In this document: piece by piece, positions 61,649 to 64,000 of the stretch
How positions within the stretch are numbered: position 1 is the stretch's first letter
Layout: each line of letters starts with the position of its first letter
Assembly: GCF_043753625.1 (NCBI RefSeq)
Contig: NZ_JAYUWI010000118.1
Coordinates: forward strand, 4,141 to 68,140
DNA: 64,000 nt
Source of the DNA: Nitrosomonas sp.
Lineage (GTDB): Bacteria > Pseudomonadota > Gammaproteobacteria > Burkholderiales > Nitrosomonadaceae
Direction of reading: 5' to 3'
The notes under the pieces: generated by a model
Told to the model about the DNA's origin: nothing
Database searches by the model: none
The model's input: only the letters and a program-made list of their open reading frames with translations
Program-made: the position numbers and the translations under genes

Positions 61649-64000
61649 TTAATGTTGAAGATACCAATAAACCCGACCCTTATAAGTAGTGGGGGATGCT
61701 ATAGGCCTAGGTGACGATCCTTCTAAAGGAGAATCCGAACTTGCTCCAATCAAAAATGGTACTGTGATACTTTGACCCGTTGTCGGATGTATCACAGTCA
61801 CCATTCCTGCTACAGGTGACGGTGGCAACCCACCTCCTGTTATCGGCACAAATCTTGTAGTACCAACAGGGCGGCCATCCATAAACCCAAGGTTGTATAC
61901 ACGCGCCAATCCCAAGTTTGATCCACAGATGTTTGGATCAGGTGGTGTTGGCGTGTGTGTGCTGAAGGTAACAACACCCATTACAGCAACTGCTGATGTT
62001 ACTACTTGCTCTTTATCATGGGTAGTTCCGGCAGTGCCAAATGGCATATACCAACCTTTCTTGGCAGCCAACTGTGACTCTGTTGGCAGAAGCGTACTAT
62101 CCGGATTTATGGCAAGCAGTGAGTTAATACATGCCAATGCAAGCGACAGACAACTACCCGTTTCTGTTGACCACCAGGCAGCATCAGATGGTTTGTCTTT
62201 AATCATAAAAAACGCATTGTCAACACTGGTCGCCGTCGTATGACTTAGGAGCGGATGTTCGCGATCCCCTGAACCTATTAAAATAATGTTGTAATCGGGT
62301 GATACAACCACCTCAGGCGCGAACATGAATTTGCGATTGGCGACACCACCGAGACAATCGGTTGTGCTGCATCCCAGCGATGCAATTTTCGTAATTGTCC
62401 AACTTGCAGGTGCAGCAGAACCTATTGTGACCCGGTAAACATTACCCCCCGTATCGGCCGCATAAGCATATTCAGCCAGCCCGGTCACAGTGTTGGGTAC
62501 AACAGTCACATCCCCCACTACACTTCGGTCAGTGGATAATGTGGTCAGTAGCGTGCCACTATTAGCATCCAGTACAAAAATTTTGTTTCCTTTAGGTGCA
62601 GAACAGGTATTCAGATCGCTCCCGCTTGAACCATCTTCACAGGTATCATACCCACCGCCAAAAATAAGCATCGGCAAAGGTGTCGATCCTGAAACATAGC
62701 CCGATGATTTCAAATTAACGGCTGCTGACCAAGTCTGTCCGATACCACTGAAACTTGCTGAAGTACATCCGGTATCATTGGTTAAATTAGGGCAGCCCTG
62801 ACGCCATTTCAAGCTTGGGCTCGTAGGTGTGCTGGCATCAAAAGCATAAATCATTCGTCCACCACGTCGTTGCGCAGCATAAATCCAGACTGTGCTGCCA
62901 CTTTTATAAGCCGTGATACGCCCGTCGAAGAAATAGGGCTTGGCTGTCGCGTCATTCACACTGGGTAGTGTAATGGCGGGACTGTTGTCATAAATGCGTT
63001 TGAGCTGTCCATAATGCTCTGGCGCAACAAATGACCATAATTCAGTACCGGCAGCATAACTGCCAATGCTGCTCGACTGATTACCATTAATGGCATGAAG
63101 CATACCGTCACTGGCGCCATAAAACACTACCACACCGGTACCCCCGCCATAATCTACTGCGACTGGCCGGGAGTGGACAATATCTCCATGTGCAGATGAT
63201 CTCATCTCGGTAGTATTTGTATTCGTATTTTCCTCTTTCACATCTTGACCCCGCACCCAGTTGATCAAGTTAGTGCGTTCAGTACTATCAGCCACGCCCA
63301 ATAACGTTTGTGTAATTGAAGTATTAGCATTATCAAAATTGCTTAATCCGGCACAACTGGCTGGATCACAAGTTTTAACAATACGTGACGCAGGAGCAGT
63401 TGCACGTAACATATAACCTGTAGCGCCTTTTTCCACAATATCGCCATCCGGAGTATTGGATTGATCCGAGTTAGCAATCGTGGCACATGAGCCTTGTGGT
63501 GCAAAAGACCAGTACGTATCCATACTCGCTGTACTGGGTGTCCAGAAGCTTCGAGCGCATTGCGTAATAAATCCGGTATTTTTATTAATTGCTAATACAC
63601 CATCAGCATCAGCCAGACTTATCGCGACGGTATTATTTATTAAGCTTGGTTTAAATTGATATTGTTTAAGGTTTCCTGCCCAACGAGGATTTGCACTGGC
63701 ATCTGGACGGAACATGCCAACAAATATTTGATTAAGATACGTACCTTGTGTGTTAACACTTACTGGCAGGCTTGCGGAAGCAAATACGGTGTTGACTGCT
63801 TGTATCTCAGTAAATATCTGATTTAATGCCTCCGCGATTTGAGATCCGCTATTAACCGAGGAATTGACTGAAAAATATTTACCTTTACCTTGAGTCGCCA
63901 TGCTTTTTAATAATGCAGTAAATCCAGGACCCTGCCCTGTAGTTCCAGGATCAACATCAACAGTGTAAGTCGTTATCTTAGTTGAAGCAGTCGTTGCCAT
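61649..64000 (-). CDS. pilY1: PilY1/PilC type IV pilus tip adhesin, C-terminal part (gene probably begins beyond the window)
   Basis: WAGNLKQY, GDIVHSRP, YGASDGMLHA, ELWSFV, YFFDG and KKGWY beta-propeller motifs. Confidence 0.88.
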   Translation of the reverse strand: MATTASTKITTYTVDVDPGTTGQGPGFTALLKSMATQGKGKYFSVNSSVNSGSQIAEALNQIFTEIQAVNTVFASASLPVSVNTQGTYLNQIFVGMFRPDASANPRWAGNLKQYQFKPSLINNTVAISLADADGVLAINKNTGFITQCARSFWTPSTASMDTYWSFAPQGSCATIANSDQSNTPDGDIVEKGATGYMLRATAPASRIVKTCDPASCAGLSNFDNANTSITQTLLGVADSTERTNLINWVRGQDVKEENTNTNTTEMRSSAHGDIVHSRPVAVDYGGGTGVVVFYGASDGMLHAINGNQSSSIGSYAAGTELWSFVAPEHYGQLKRIYDNSPAITLPSVNDATAKPYFFDGRITAYKSGSTVWIYAAQRRGGRMIYAFDASTPTSPSLKWRQGCPNLTNDTGCTSASFSGIGQTWSAAVNLKSSGYVSGSTPLPMLIFGGGYDTCEDGSSGSDLNTCSAPKGNKIFVLDANSGTLLTTLSTDRSVVGDVTVVPNTVTGLAEYAYAADTGGNVYRVTIGSAAPASWTITKIASLGCSTTDCLGGVANRKFMFAPEVVVSPDYNIILIGSGDREHPLLSHTTATSVDNAFFMIKDKPSDAAWWSTETGSCLSLALACINSLLAINPDSTLLPTESQLAAKKGWYMPFGTAGTTHDKEQVVTSAVAVMGVVTFSTHTPTPPDPNICGSNLGLARVYNLGFMDGRPVGTTRFVPITGGGLPPSPVAGMVTVIHPTTGQSITVPFLIGASSDSPLEGSSPRPIASPTTYKGRVYWYLQH

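Overview
Betaproteobacterial chromosome segment. It is most consistent with an ammonia-oxidising Nitrosomonas-type organism; this is inferred from a P460-superfamily cytochrome c'-beta gene, the 90-aa AtpE and gene order. Most of the window is housekeeping: an aa3-type cytochrome c oxidase cluster, ruvCAB-yebC, atpIBEFHAGDC-glmU-glmS, tsaD/plsY/folB, ybgC-tolQRAB-pal-cpoB-queE-queC, cysM, comEA, mltA, dsbC, tRNA-Met, yaaA, rpiA, phoU and the 3' end of a pilY1-fimT locus. Two accessory blocks stand out. (1) A two-gene operon between folB and queC (29650-32141) encodes a HEPN-like protein and a STAND/ORC-CDC6-like ATPase with a double zinc ribbon and an HhH-like tail. I cannot assign it to a named system; it is the best candidate for an undescribed anti-phage system. 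(2) A type I R-M locus lies beside tRNA-Met (hsdR-hsdS-fic-GIY-YIG relic-hsdM). It contains several palindromic repeats. A 27-bp inverted pair frames the GIY-YIG relic, related composite copies lie within hsdS and hsdR coding sequence, and one copy carries a G11 tract that splits hsdS (possible phase variation or a sequencing error). Three small membrane-protein ORFs missed by the ORF track and a 146-bp ERIC-like palindrome were also found. All calls come from reading motifs by eye; no database searches were run.
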